A DNA stretch of 64,000 nt, taken from the NCBI GenBank assembly GCA_963726455.1, contig CAVSCK010000004.1:128001-192000 (forward strand), read 5' to 3'. The notes beneath the pieces are model-generated. The model ran no database searches. It saw only the letters and a program-made list of their open reading frames with translations, and was not told the DNA's origin. This stretch comes from an uncultured bacterium (GTDB lineage Bacteria; Zixibacteria; MSB-5A5; CAIYYT01). Shown here in pieces: positions 28,285 to 38,484 of the stretch. Each line of letters begins with the position of its first letter. The stretch's first letter is position 1. A program made the position numbers and the translations under genes.

Positions 28285-29284
28285 ACAAAATCCTGCTGAT
28301 TCGTTTCAGTTCGGTCGGCGACATCATTCTCACCGAACCGATCATTCGCGTCTTAAGATCCGGCTATCCCGATTCCGAAATCTCCTTTCTGACCAAAGCG
28401 CGATTCCTGCCTCTGCTCGATATGTTCGCGAATCTTCAGCATGTGTACGGCTGGATCGATGATGTCGAGACCAACGAGATGTTGGCGACATTGCGTCAGG
28501 AGCAATTTGATCTTGTGGTCGATCTGCACGCCAGTATCCGCAGTGCCCGTGTCCGCAATGCACTTGGTGTCAAATCGGTCAAGACGAAGAAGGAATGGTT
28601 CAAGCGTATCGCTTCGGTCAAGCTGAATACTATCGCCGGCAGACCGTCGCATGCCTTGGAACGATATCTGTCGTCCTTGTCTGGACTTGGCATCTCGCCG
28701 AGCCAACCGCGCCTGTGCTGCACGTTCCGGAAATGGCATTGGACTGGTGGAATCACGAACGAACGCAGCAGGGCCTGTCTCATGATTACTACGTAATCGC
28801 CGCCGGCGCCGCGCATTCGACCAAACGCGCGCCCGATTCACTCTGGGTTTCACTCGATCGCGTCGTCCAAGACCGATTCCACGCTACCCCCATATTGGTG
28901 GGGTCACCTGCCGAGCGCGACTATCTGACAGCTCTCGCAGATCATTTTGAAAGCAGGCCAAAAGTGATCGTTACCGAAGATGACATCCGTCACGCCGCCG
29001 CCGCCATCAAATCCGCGCACTTCGTTGTCTCCAACGACTCCGGTCTCGCGCACTTGGCCTCGGCGGTTGGCACGCCGATTCTGGCGCTGTTCGGCCCGAC
29101 GCATCCGATTCTCGGTTTTGCTCCGCTGGGTGACTCATGCCGATTACTATTCTGTCAACGAATACTGTCTCCGTGCAGCTTGCACGGCGACCGCCGCTGT
29201 TACCGCAGCGAGCGCTTTTGCTTCAGCAAAATGCAGGTCGATGAGATAGTCGGCAAGATCAAGACACTTCTGGCAGCTCGCTGA
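28281..29284 (+). CDS. GT9 LPS heptosyltransferase-like protein (frameshift ~28710)
   Basis: ILLIRFSSVGDIIL, FDLVVDLH; second ORF has VSNDSGLAHLASAVGTPILALFGPT. Confidence 0.88.
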
Positions 29285-29293
29285 CCACGATCC

Positions 29294-29322
29294 TTGACTT
29301 CAACATTTCCGTCCGCTATCAT
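29294..29322 (+). promoter_or_regulatory. Sigma70 promoter (probably leaderless gmhB)
   Basis: TTGACT-N17-TATCAT, 6 nt before ATG 29329. Confidence 0.65.
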
Positions 29323-29328
29323 TAGTGC

Positions 29329-29880
29329 ATGCAACATCGCGCGCTATTTCTCGACCGTGACGGGACGATCAATGTCGAAAAGGAATTCATCCGCGATCCC
29401 GATGACGTCGACTTGATCCCCGGCAGCGCCGAGGCGTTGAAACTGGCGGCAGCCAATGGCTTCAGGCTCTTCGTGATCAGCAATCAATCCGGCGTTGCGC
29501 GTGGCATGATGACGCTCGACGACGTTCACAGTGTGAGTCAGCGCCTGATTGAGTTGCTGGATAGGGAAGGGGTAGCGCTGGATGGCATCGAATACTGTCC
29601 GCATTATCCATCGATTACCGGTCCCTGCGATTGCCGCAAACCGAATCGCGGTATGATTGACCGATCCATCAAGGGGCGCGAAATTGACCTCACTCGTTCG
29701 TTTGTCATCGGCGATCGCGCGCTCGACATCGAACTTGCATGCAACATCGGCGCCCGATCAGTGATGGTCATGACCGGCTACGGCGTGGTCGAACTGAACG
29801 CGCTCACCGCCGACAGTAAACCCGACCATGTTGCCGCCGACTTACTGAACGCAGTGAAATGGATTCTCGATCATGAGTGA
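29329..29880 (+). CDS. gmhB: D-glycero-D-manno-heptose 1,7-bisphosphate phosphatase
   Basis: FLDRDGTIN, SNQSGVARG, CPH...CDCRKP, IGDR. Confidence 0.92.
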   Translation: MQHRALFLDRDGTINVEKEFIRDPDDVDLIPGSAEALKLAAANGFRLFVISNQSGVARGMMTLDDVHSVSQRLIELLDREGVALDGIEYCPHYPSITGPCDCRKPNRGMIDRSIKGREIDLTRSFVIGDRALDIELACNIGARSVMVMTGYGVVELNALTADSKPDHVAADLLNAVKWILDHE

Positions 29881-30867
29881 ACTGCATGAAGCCCGCTATT
29901 GGCGCACACTCGATTCCGGCAAGATCGAGTGCCTGCTTTGCCCGGTTGACTGCAAGCTCTCCGACAAACAGACCGGCATTTGCTTCGGACGTCAAAATAT
30001 CGACGGCAAGCTGTACGCCACCAATTACGGCGAAGTCGTTTCGATGGCTCTCGATCCGATCGAGAAGAAACCGCTCTATCACTTCTATCCCGGTTCGCAG
30101 ATTCTCTCCGTCGGTCCCAACGGCTGCAATCTGCGCTGCGACAACTGTCAGAATTGGCAGATCTCGCAGGAACATCAAACCACGCGCTCGATGTCTCCGG
30201 AGCAACTGGTGCAACGCGCAACAAGATGACTCGATCGGCATTGCCTACACTTATTCCGAGCCACTGATCTGGTTTGAGTACATCTACGATGCCGCCGTCG
30301 ATTTCGCGCAAACTTGGTCTCAAGACCGTGCTGGTAAGCAACGGCTACATCAACGAGGAACCGTTTCGCGAACTGGCGCCGTTGATCGACGCCATGAACA
30401 TTGATGTCAAATCGATGAATCCCGAGTTCTATCCCGACGTCTGCAAAGGTTCACTGGCCGATGTTTTGCGCACTGTCGAAATCGCCGCATCCTCCGGTAT
30501 GCTCGTCGAGGTTACCAATCTGGTGATCACCGGCCTTAACGACAACGATAATGATTGTCGCCGTTGGTCGACTGGCTCGCCGGAATTGATCGCAAGATTC
30601 CGCTGCACTTCTCGCGCTATTTCCCGCAACACAAAATGGATCGGCCGATGACACCGAGTGAACGACTCAAGCGCGCGTATGATATCGCCTCGGCGAAACT
30701 CGACTACGTCTACGTCGGCAACATCGACCTGCCCGGCACCAACGACACACGCTGTCCGGCATGCAAGAGCGTACTGGTTAAACGTTATGGCTACGCTAGC
30801 GATGTTGTTGGCATTGACCAGGGATGCTGTGCGCAATGCCAGCGAAAGGTGGATATTCCGCCTGTGA
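29873..30867 (+). CDS. AmmeMemoRadiSam-system radical SAM enzyme (several frameshifts)
   Basis: CLLCP..C, DPIEKKPLYHFYPGS, CNLRCDNCQNW; later IAYTYSEP, SNGYI, PLHFSRYFP, YVYVGN, TRCPAC in shifted frames. Confidence 0.88.
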
Positions 30868-31242
30868 AACCGAACATCATCAATATCGACGACTGCCCGC
30901 AATTCATCACCAAAGATCGCTCGAAGATTCGCGAGATTATGGCGCCGCGCAATTCGATCATCCAAAATCAGTCGTTGGCCGAAGCCGTGGTTCATGTCGG
31001 CAGCGCCACCGATGAACATTACCATCGCAAGTCCGAGGAAATCTACTTCATCCTGTCTGGTGTAGGCGAAATGCGCGTGGACGGCGAACACCGCGCCCGT
31101 GAGGGCAGGGGATGCCGTCGCTTTGCCGCCCGGCTCAGTTCACAAGATCTGGAACCGCGGCGACACCGATCTCGTCTTCCTCTGCATCTGTGTCCCACCC
31201 TACGAACACGACGACACCGTGATCACAGAAACAACGTCTTGA
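30864..31242 (+). CDS. Cupin domain protein (frameshift ~31095)
   Basis: FITKDRSKIREI...QSLAEA...HYHRKSEEIYFILSG, then VRAGDAVALPPGSVHKIWN...CVPPYEHDDT*. Confidence 0.82.
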
Positions 31243-31281
31243 TATAGAAGATTGATTATTCCCCTCTCCCTTGGGGGCAAT

Positions 31282-31391
31282 TCGTAGGTCGGGTTCCGAA
31301 CGGAAGTCTGTCTCAAGGTAAAAGTCGATACTGGAAATTCCTCAGAGCCGGGGCCGTACCTTCGTACAATACGGAGTGAGAAACCCGACAC
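31282..31391 (+). repeat. GTAG-type palindromic element, family B
   Basis: CGTAGGTCGGGTTCC...TGAGAAACCCGACA; inverted relative at 47825-47936. Confidence 0.65.
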
Positions 31392-31481
31392 TGATCTTGT
31401 ATACGAATCGAATGAGAGTCGAATTCCTAACCGAGACTTGTCATTGCGAAGAACGTTGGATGTTGCTATGCGGCGAGGGTT

Positions 31482-31808
31482 CTACTTCTTCTTCATCCCC
31501 GCCTGCGCGCAGCACTCAAATCCCAGAAAGAACGCCAATGCCTTGTCTCTGAGCGTTTCTTCATTGACTGCGTAGATGACCTGTTGGCCGCGACGTTTCG
31601 CGGTCACGAGGCCGCTTTGGCGCAAAACCATCAGATGGCGCGATATCGTGGGCTGTGCGAGATTGAAGAAATCGACGATTTCGTTCACCGCACGCGGCCG
31701 CGTGTTCAGCATCTGCATGATCTTAACACGCGTTTCGTCTGCCAGCGCCTTGAAGATGTCGGCAAACTGCGCCGAGTCCGGTTTGTCCATCGATTTCCCT
31801 TCAGTCAT
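31482..31808 (-). CDS. ArsR/SmtB family transcriptional regulator
   Basis: FKALADETRVKI...LAQPTISRHL.VLRQSGLV..KRRGQQVIY; C-terminal CC. Confidence 0.92.
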   Translation of the reverse strand: MTEGKSMDKPDSAQFADIFKALADETRVKIMQMLNTRPRAVNEIVDFFNLAQPTISRHLMVLRQSGLVTAKRRGQQVIYAVNEETLRDKALAFFLGFECCAQAGMKKK

Positions 31809-31889
31809 GATCCAACGGGCGTCAAGATGCGCCTGCGTGGAGCGTATGTCAAGTAAAACCAACCGCAAACTTTGTCGGCGAGAAACCCG

Positions 31890-31918
31890 TTGACTTATTC
31901 GTACCCCGCCGTTACCAT
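31890..31918 (+). promoter_or_regulatory. Sigma70 promoter of aminotransferase
   Basis: TTGACT-N17-TACCAT. Confidence 0.6.
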
Positions 31919-32018
31919 ATTCTCGTCAAACAGGCGCTCCCTGTGCGATCAATGTGTGTCTAGCCCCATCGGGCATCACGAGGTTTGCCGAGAAGTACTC
32001 AAAGGATAAAGACATTAT

Positions 32019-33245
32019 ATGCATACCAACACCGGCCACGAGATACGCCACAAAGCCGCGCTTTCGGAACGCGCCGACGAAATGCAGGCATCGCCGATTC
32101 GCCGCCTGGTTCCGCTTGCCGATGCCGCCAAGAAACGCGGCATCAAAGTCTATCATCTGAACATCGGCCAACCCGACATTGTCACTCCGCCCGAAATCAT
32201 GGAAGCGGTCCATACTTTCGAAGAGAAAGTGCTGGCGTACGGCCCTTCACAGGGCCTGCTGGCGTTGCGCGAGGAAATCACCAGATATTTTGCCAAGTAT
32301 AATATCACGATCAGCCCCGATGAGGTCGTTGTCACCACCGGCGGCTCCGAGGCAATCATGTTCGCTTTGATGGCGATCGGCGACTCCGGCGATGAAGTCC
32401 TCGTGCCCGAACCGTTCTACACCAACTACAACGGCTTCGCAACGATGTCCGCGATGAAGCTGGTGCCGGTACCGACGCATGTCGAGAACGGCTACGGTAT
32501 GCCGCCGCGCGCCGAATTCGAAAAGCGCATCACGCCGCGTACCAAGGCCATCATGTACTGTTCGCCGAATAATCCGACCGGCGCGATCTTTAGCCGCAAG
32601 GATATCGAAATGATCGTGCAACTGGCTATCGAAAAGAATCTCTGGATTATGGCGGATGAAGTCTATCGCGAGTTTACCTACGACGGCGGTCATCACACGA
32701 GTATTCTCAGTTTCCCGGAAGTCACCGACCGCGCTATCATGCTTGACTCGATTTCCAAGCGTTTCTCGGCGTGTGGCGCGCGCATCGGCTGTCTCGTCAG
32801 CAAGAGCAAACGCATTATGGATGCCGCCCTCAAATTCGGCCAGGCGCGCCTCTGTCCGCCGACGATTGAGCAACTCGGAGCCATCGCGGGGTATCAAACA
32901 ATCGACAAGTTCCTGCATCAAATGATATCCGAATATCAGCATCGCCGTGACATCGTCTGCGAGGAACTCGCGCACATCCCCGGCGCCGTGTTTACCAAAC
33001 CCGCCGGCGCGTTTTACATCATGCCCAAGCTTCCGATTGACGATGCCAACAAATTTGCGCAGTGGCTTCTGACCGATTTCAGCCATGACGGCGCCACGGT
33101 CATGGTCGCGCCGGGTGACGGCTTCTACGGTTCACCGAATCACGGCAAGCATGAATTCCGTATCGCTTATGTCCTCAAAGAGGCCGACCTTCGTCAGGCA
33201 ATGAAGACACTCGTCAAAGCCGTGGAGACATACAACAAGCGCTAG
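32019..33245 (+). CDS. PLP-dependent class I/II aminotransferase (aspartate aminotransferase-like)
   Basis: LNIGQPD, SPNNPTG, DEVYREF, SISKRFSACGARIG (PLP Lys). Confidence 0.93.
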   Translation: MHTNTGHEIRHKAALSERADEMQASPIRRLVPLADAAKKRGIKVYHLNIGQPDIVTPPEIMEAVHTFEEKVLAYGPSQGLLALREEITRYFAKYNITISPDEVVVTTGGSEAIMFALMAIGDSGDEVLVPEPFYTNYNGFATMSAMKLVPVPTHVENGYGMPPRAEFEKRITPRTKAIMYCSPNNPTGAIFSRKDIEMIVQLAIEKNLWIMADEVYREFTYDGGHHTSILSFPEVTDRAIMLDSISKRFSACGARIGCLVSKSKRIMDAALKFGQARLCPPTIEQLGAIAGYQTIDKFLHQMISEYQHRRDIVCEELAHIPGAVFTKPAGAFYIMPKLPIDDANKFAQWLLTDFSHDGATVMVAPGDGFYGSPNHGKHEFRIAYVLKEADLRQAMKTLVKAVETYNKR

Positions 33246-33271
33246 CATCCATTCCTTCATCAGCATACGAT

Positions 33272-33299
33272 GCGCCGTCAGGAATCCCTTCCTGACGGC
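33272..33299 (+). repeat. 28-bp hairpin repeat, family D, copy 1 (may act as terminator)
   Basis: GCGCCGTCAGGAATCCCTTCCTGACGGC; identical at 35683-35710; inverted near-copy at 61371-61397. Confidence 0.85.
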
Positions 33300-33449
33300 T
33301 TCTTCTGTCCACGTTCAATTCACTCTGTGATAATCGAACATAAAATGTCTTGACAAAGTGCCTGCGGATGTCAATATTGCCAACAAATACCAGTCTAATA
33401 GGCGTCGGGCTAGCGCCAACCCGGTTTTCAAGTCATAGGGAGGTTTCTC

Positions 33450-35627
33450 ATGAGCACTCGCTACTGCTGGATCGTCATTCTCGCGTGCATGCTGCCCTTC
33501 GTTTCCAGTGCAGCATCGTCTCAAACCTCGGATGATCCTCGATCGCTCGCCGATCAGAAATGGGATGGGGCTAGCAGACTACCCGGAGGCGAAACCAATG
33601 CCCCGGCCAGGTTTGCTACACCGAATGGATATTGCCCGGAGCAGGCGGAAGTTCAGATTGACTACGCCGGCAGCGGTCTCTGGAGCGATGTGATGAGTGT
33701 GGCTGTCAAAGACAACTATGTGTTTTGTGCCACCTGGAGAGGCCTGATGGCTTACGATCTTAACAGTATATCCTTCAATCCGGTGGTGAAGCTTGACTTG
33801 AATCATACCGGGACAATATATGTCTGTGTCTCCGGCGACTACGCCTTTGTCTCAACCTTCACCGGCATGAAGATCTATAACGTCGCAGACCCTTTACATC
33901 CTGTCCTAATGTCGGAATACAATGGTGGGCATGTAATCAGTCAAATCCAGGTCATCGCGAATCGCGCGTATCTGGCTGATTGCTGGGGCTTTTTCGACAT
34001 CGTAGATATCTCCAATCCTGCCGCGCCTGCGCGCGTGGGAAGCTATGCGGTGAATAGTGAAGGGACTTATTACGAGACCAGAGGGCTTGCCGTGGTCGGT
34101 GACCGGGCATACTTCATGACAGTAGTGGCTCTCCATACTCTGAATATTGCCGATGAGGCAAACCCGGCGCCGATCGCGACGATCGACTTTGGTTATTCCC
34201 AAAATTACTCATTCAGTCTTGACAACAATCTGGCCTATATCGGAGCAGAAGACAGTGTCGCCATCTACGACGTGAGCGACTTCCAAAGTCAGCTCCAAGT
34301 TGGCCGGATAGACAGCATCGATGCCGCCATGTCCATTTCGCTCAGGGACGGCGTCGCCTACGTTTCCACTTACAACAATGGTGTCTGGGCGTACAACGTC
34401 TCGAATCCACAGGCGCCATCTCTCATCTCCAAGACTCTGCCCGGCACTCGATCAGGGCCGTTAGCGTTCGCGGGAGACAAGGCAATCGTTCCAGACCTGT
34501 ACAGTGGCGCCCATATCGTCGACTTCTCCAACGTCGCCTCCCCGCTCGTTCTAAACAGCTTTGCCAATCACACACCGCTCGATACAAAAATCGTAGGTCA
34601 GTATGCTCTGGCAACAGTCGGAAAAGCCGGCCTGGATCTCGTGGATATTTCGGATGCAAGTAATCCGACGATCGTCACTAATCTGGTTATTCCCGGTTCA
34701 ACTCTGAAGGTGGAATTGAAAGGTACCCTCGCTTTCGTGCTTACGTCGGAAGGGGGGCTATACACGGTTAGTCTCAGTAACCTCCCGAATCTCGAGTTGA
34801 TTGGCTCCTGCTCTCTGGGATACCCGGCCCTGAGCATGGCAGTTGCGGGTAATTTTGTCTACATCGGCGGTGACGTGTACAGCGGGTTTTTCGTAGTGAA
34901 CGTGGTTAATCCGTCCGCACCGACTGTCACTGGACTTCTGTCCCTCGGCCACAGTATCCTGTCAATTGCTCCTGCGGGAAGTCTCGTTTACATCTATACG
35001 TATCCGGGTTTGATGACCATTAACGTCAGCAATCCGTACAACCCATACTCACTCAATGTCATGTACCCGGCTATCTGGCCTTCAACGGATATGTGCGTAT
35101 CCGGCAGCTATCTCTACGTGGGGCTCGAAAACAGACTGCAAACGTTCGATATCTCCGACCCCTCTAGTCCGACACTCTTGAATGAATGTGTGCCGACAAT
35201 ACCGGATGGAAGACTACTCAGTATGGCCTTACAAGAAAACCGCCTGTATGTATCCTATGACAACAGCAATGGCGTGTTCGCATCGAACGTGACGGAGTCT
35301 GCCAACCCTCATAGCGCGGGTTACGCGCAAATGCTGGGATCAGGTTATGGAATCGATGTCGCCGGTAATCGAATCTGCGTTGCCGCCGGTCAGGCGCTGA
35401 CCACGTTCAGTGCCAGCAGTTTCATCGTCGGCGATGCGGATGCCTCAGGCGGCATTGATATATCCGACGCCGTCTTTTTGATCGGTTACATCTTTGGCGG
35501 CGGTCCGGCGCCATCGCCGATCCGCTCTGGAGATGCTGACTGCTCCGGTTCCATCGATATATCCGATGTCGTATACCTCATAGCGTATATCTTTGCAGGT
35601 GGCGCGCCGCCTTGCTCGAATATATGA
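33450..35627 (+). CDS. Secreted LVIVD-repeat (beta-propeller-like) protein with C-terminal dockerin
   Basis: Signal peptide; many AY.A....GL.IVD.SNP..P repeats; GDADASGGIDISDAVFLIGYIF...GDADCSGSIDISDVVYLIAYIF. Confidence 0.88.
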   Translation: MSTRYCWIVILACMLPFVSSAASSQTSDDPRSLADQKWDGASRLPGGETNAPARFATPNGYCPEQAEVQIDYAGSGLWSDVMSVAVKDNYVFCATWRGLMAYDLNSISFNPVVKLDLNHTGTIYVCVSGDYAFVSTFTGMKIYNVADPLHPVLMSEYNGGHVISQIQVIANRAYLADCWGFFDIVDISNPAAPARVGSYAVNSEGTYYETRGLAVVGDRAYFMTVVALHTLNIADEANPAPIATIDFGYSQNYSFSLDNNLAYIGAEDSVAIYDVSDFQSQLQVGRIDSIDAAMSISLRDGVAYVSTYNNGVWAYNVSNPQAPSLISKTLPGTRSGPLAFAGDKAIVPDLYSGAHIVDFSNVASPLVLNSFANHTPLDTKIVGQYALATVGKAGLDLVDISDASNPTIVTNLVIPGSTLKVELKGTLAFVLTSEGGLYTVSLSNLPNLELIGSCSLGYPALSMAVAGNFVYIGGDVYSGFFVVNVVNPSAPTVTGLLSLGHSILSIAPAGSLVYIYTYPGLMTINVSNPYNPYSLNVMYPAIWPSTDMCVSGSYLYVGLENRLQTFDISDPSSPTLLNECVPTIPDGRLLSMALQENRLYVSYDNSNGVFASNVTESANPHSAGYAQMLGSGYGIDVAGNRICVAAGQALTTFSASSFIVGDADASGGIDISDAVFLIGYIFGGGPAPSPIRSGDADCSGSIDISDVVYLIAYIFAGGAPPCSNI

Positions 35628-35682
35628 AGGGCTAGTTTCCGAGATGCGCGACCTGATTAGGCATTGCAGCTCCCAATAAACC

Positions 35683-35710
35683 GCGCCGTCAGGAATCCCT
35701 TCCTGACGGC
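35683..35710 (+). repeat. 28-bp hairpin repeat, family D, copy 2
   Basis: Exact copy of 33272-33299, between convergent genes. Confidence 0.85.
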
Positions 35711-35741
35711 GTCTCTATTTCGTAACCAGGCATACTGTCTG

Positions 35742-36365
35742 TTACTTGGGGAAGTGTCCCACCGGCATAATATACATCGCCGTCTCATCCTTCGGCGCAC
35801 CGAGCACTTGCTCTACTCGATCTTCGTAAAACGCGCCCATCACGACCGCGCCCAGATTGAGTGACACCGCCTGCAGGAAAACATTCTGCGCCGAATGTCC
35901 GACTTCCATCGGCACATACAATTTCGCCCGTTCCTGATACTTTTGTTCACAGCGCTTATAATTCGCAGTCCAGACGATATCCACTGCCGCCTGAGTGATG
36001 GCGCCCTGTCCCAGCGCAGCCGCCGCCAGATTCTTGCGAACGTCGCCAAGCGCGATCGTCTGTAATTCGTGTCCCCGGAAGTCGTACTTGTAGATGCCCG
36101 GCTCCAGGCCGTTGACTCGACCGACTACGGCATAGATTTCGAGCGGATATAGTGCTCCGGCCGAGGGCGCAGTTCGCAAAAACCGTCCCGGATAGGTTGT
36201 CGAATCAGTCACACCCTGTGCGGCCCAAAGCAGTTGCGACAGTTCGGCAAGCGTAATTGGCACATCTTGATATGTTCTCACAGAGCGTCGCTTAAGCAAT
36301 GCCTCTTCAACGGACATGTTGCCAGTCAGAACTGGTTGTGGCAATTTGATCGCCGTTGGTTGCAT
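35742..36365 (-). CDS. SagB/ThcOx-type nitroreductase-family protein (may extend to ATG 36465 through a frameshift)
   Basis: EALLKRRSVR, LSQLLWAAQG, RTAPSAGALYPLE, EVGHSAQN. Confidence 0.9.
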   Translation of the reverse strand: MQPTAIKLPQPVLTGNMSVEEALLKRRSVRTYQDVPITLAELSQLLWAAQGVTDSTTYPGRFLRTAPSAGALYPLEIYAVVGRVNGLEPGIYKYDFRGHELQTIALGDVRKNLAAAALGQGAITQAAVDIVWTANYKRCEQKYQERAKLYVPMEVGHSAQNVFLQAVSLNLGAVVMGAFYEDRVEQVLGAPKDETAMYIMPVGHFPK

Positions 36366-36502
36366 GGGCTTATCCTGTCCTCTTGACGGCAGGCGTCATC
36401 AGCAACAATAATAGGACGCTGACTAACAACATCGTCACGTTCCTTCGCGATACTTTCCACGACATATTCTCCCCCTGTGTGTCCACGCGCCAAATTGAAT
36501 TC

Positions 36503-37084
36503 CTACTTCCTGCTGTACTTGCCCATCAATTCCGCTTGCGCGAGGATATGTCCCTTCATCGCGCCGAGCAAGTCATCCTTGGTTGCTTTTGCCGGCAACG
36601 TCAACATCGTATCGAGCGCATACAACTTGAAAAAATACCGATGCGTCCCGCCGGGAGGGCAGGGGCCGCCGTAACCGTATTTGCGGAAATCATTGAAGCC
36701 GTGCCGCGCACCGTTGGGCAACTTTTCGTCGTTGGCGATTTTCTCTTTCAATTCACGAACATCGCCCGGAATGTTGTACAGCACCCAATGCACCCAGACA
36801 CGTCCCGGCGCATCTGGGTCATCGCAAATCAATGCGAAGCTCTTGGCGCTGTCGGGCGCGCCTGTCCAGGCCAATTGCGGCGAAATATCGGCGCCGTCGC
36901 AGGTGAACTGAGCGGGAATCATGCCTTCCTGCTTGAAAGCCGTACTGGTAATCGAGAATGACATTTGTACACTCCCTTTTTCAGTCTGAGTTTGTTCGGT
37001 TTTTCGCGCCTGGCACACCGTCAGGATCCCAACCGCCGTTGCCAGTATAGCCATCAGAGAAAGTGCTTTGAGGAATCTGGCCAT
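36503..37084 (-). CDS. YbhB/YbcL family PEBP (Raf kinase inhibitor-like) protein
   Basis: TCDGADISPQL.W, DDPDAP, WVHWVLYN, YGGPCPP..THRYFFKLYALD; N-terminal signal peptide. Confidence 0.93.
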   Translation of the reverse strand: MARFLKALSLMAILATAVGILTVCQARKTEQTQTEKGSVQMSFSITSTAFKQEGMIPAQFTCDGADISPQLAWTGAPDSAKSFALICDDPDAPGRVWVHWVLYNIPGDVRELKEKIANDEKLPNGARHGFNDFRKYGYGGPCPPGGTHRYFFKLYALDTMLTLPAKATKDDLLGAMKGHILAQAELMGKYSRK

Positions 37085-37162
37085 ATCAAACTCCTTCATT
37101 TGCAGATAACGGAAAGAATCGCATTGTCGAAGCACACCGTCGCGCTCGATAGGAGAGAACGG

Positions 37163-38041
37163 CTACGTCGGCTCGTCGAAATGGAAATCAGTCAGTTTGA
37201 GCTTGCGCAGGAGTTCTTCAGCGACCTCCTCGATGGCGCGCTTGGTCACGTCGATTGTCTTCCAGTTTTCGTCTTTATACATTCTGCGAACGAACCGCAG
37301 CTCGTTTCTGATTTCCCTGACGTCATGATATTCGTGCAGATCTTCCTGCCCGTGAACATCGGGAAAAAGCAGTTGCGCCCGTTCTTCACGCACGCGCGCC
37401 AGTTCATCCGGCTGCATCAGCAGCCCGAAAATGATCTTGCGGTCAACGACCGACAACTTCCGCAGCAGTTGCTCTTTCATCCGGTCGTTTGGCACGATCG
37501 GAATGTTCACCACCTTCATGCCGAAATTGCAGGCGACATACATGCTAATCGGCGTCTTGCAAGTGCGCGACAGTCCGACGAGCACCAACTCTGCTTCCTC
37601 AATGCGGTAGCCGCGGCCGTCGTCATGCTCAACTGTATATCCGATGGCATCAATCTTGCGGTAGTACCGGTCATCAATAATCTGCAGTAATCCCGGCCGG
37701 TATTCGGGATGCACACCGAGAAACTTCGACATGGTCGCCAGCATCGGCTCGAGCACATTCAGATGCAGAATGTGGCGATCCTCCAGCAAATTGTGGAAGT
37801 AGTTGCGCAGGTCGTCAGAGATGATCGAAAATATCACGAGGTAGTCGTCGTCAATTCCCCGCATGATTTCGTCGACTCGTTCCTTGGTACGGACTTCTCG
37901 ATGCGTGTCAACCACAGAAAATACGGCATGCTCGGAATACTGCGACAGCACGGCATCCATCAAACGGCGCGCCGTCTTGCCGGTGCCATCCGACACAATG
38001 ACTATCTTCTTTAGCTCGTCACCCAAGCGTTTCATTATCAT
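37163..38041 (-). CDS. DUF299 kinase/pyrophosphorylase (PEP synthase / PPDK regulatory protein)
   Basis: IVSDGTGKTA, YYRKIDAI.YTVEHDDG, GLSRTCKTP, IDVTKRAIEE. Confidence 0.92.
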   Translation of the reverse strand: MIMKRLGDELKKIVIVSDGTGKTARRLMDAVLSQYSEHAVFSVVDTHREVRTKERVDEIMRGIDDDYLVIFSIISDDLRNYFHNLLEDRHILHLNVLEPMLATMSKFLGVHPEYRPGLLQIIDDRYYRKIDAIGYTVEHDDGRGYRIEEAELVLVGLSRTCKTPISMYVACNFGMKVVNIPIVPNDRMKEQLLRKLSVVDRKIIFGLLMQPDELARVREERAQLLFPDVHGQEDLHEYHDVREIRNELRFVRRMYKDENWKTIDVTKRAIEEVAEELLRKLKLTDFHFDEPT

Positions 38042-38208
38042 AGGGAATGTAAACGCCCCGCCGTTTCTCCACAATAGCAAAGTTGCCGCTCTCATCGTCA
38101 CTGTAGTGGCCTGTTCCTAGTCTGGTGCGGATGTAAAGGCAGCGGTGGGCGGCGGTTTTGACCTGGCGCGCCTGTAGATTAGCCGCCTGTAATTTTCCGC
38201 ATTTTTCC

Positions 38209-38236
38209 TTGACATCGTGCGTATATCTGGTAGATT
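38209..38236 (+). promoter_or_regulatory. Sigma70 promoter of rib operon
   Basis: TTGACA-N16-TAGATT with TG at the extended -10, just upstream of the FMN aptamer. Confidence 0.6.
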
Positions 38237-38242
38237 TTTGAA

Positions 38243-38357
38243 GGTCTTCGGGGCGAGGTGAAATTCCTCGATCGGCGGTGACAGCCCGCGAGTCCCTGTG
38301 AGTGGACAGAATCGGTGAACTCCGATGCCGACGGTAAAGTCCGGATGGAAGAAGACG
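38243..38357 (+). ncRNA. FMN riboswitch (RFN element)
   Basis: GTCTTCGGGGCGAGGTGAAATTCCTCGATCGGCGGTGACAGCCCGCGAG...CCGACGGTAAAGTCCGGATGGAAGAAGAC upstream of ribD. Confidence 0.96.
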
Positions 38358-38458
38358 AAGACCGCGTACACCGTAATTGCGGCATGCATAATGAATCTCG
38401 CATTCCGCGGACGCGGTCTGCCCGCCGTTTGAGGCGGCATCGGTCTTGTGACCATTGC

Positions 38459-38484
38459 CCCGAAGGTAGACTTCGGGTTTTTTT
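38459..38484 (+). terminator. Riboswitch-controlled intrinsic terminator
   Basis: CCCGAAG-GTAGA-CTTCGGG followed by T7. Confidence 0.88.

Noticed and set aside
30555-31247. Radical SAM-cupin fusion shown in the ORF track
   Set aside because: One extra base near 30858 explains it; overlapping GTGA at 30864-30867 fits a normal stop/start junction
31920-31994. Riboswitch upstream of the aminotransferase (TTCTCGTCAAAC...GTTTGCCGAGAA inverted repeat)
   Set aside because: No known aptamer consensus recognised; the predicted +1 falls inside the left arm
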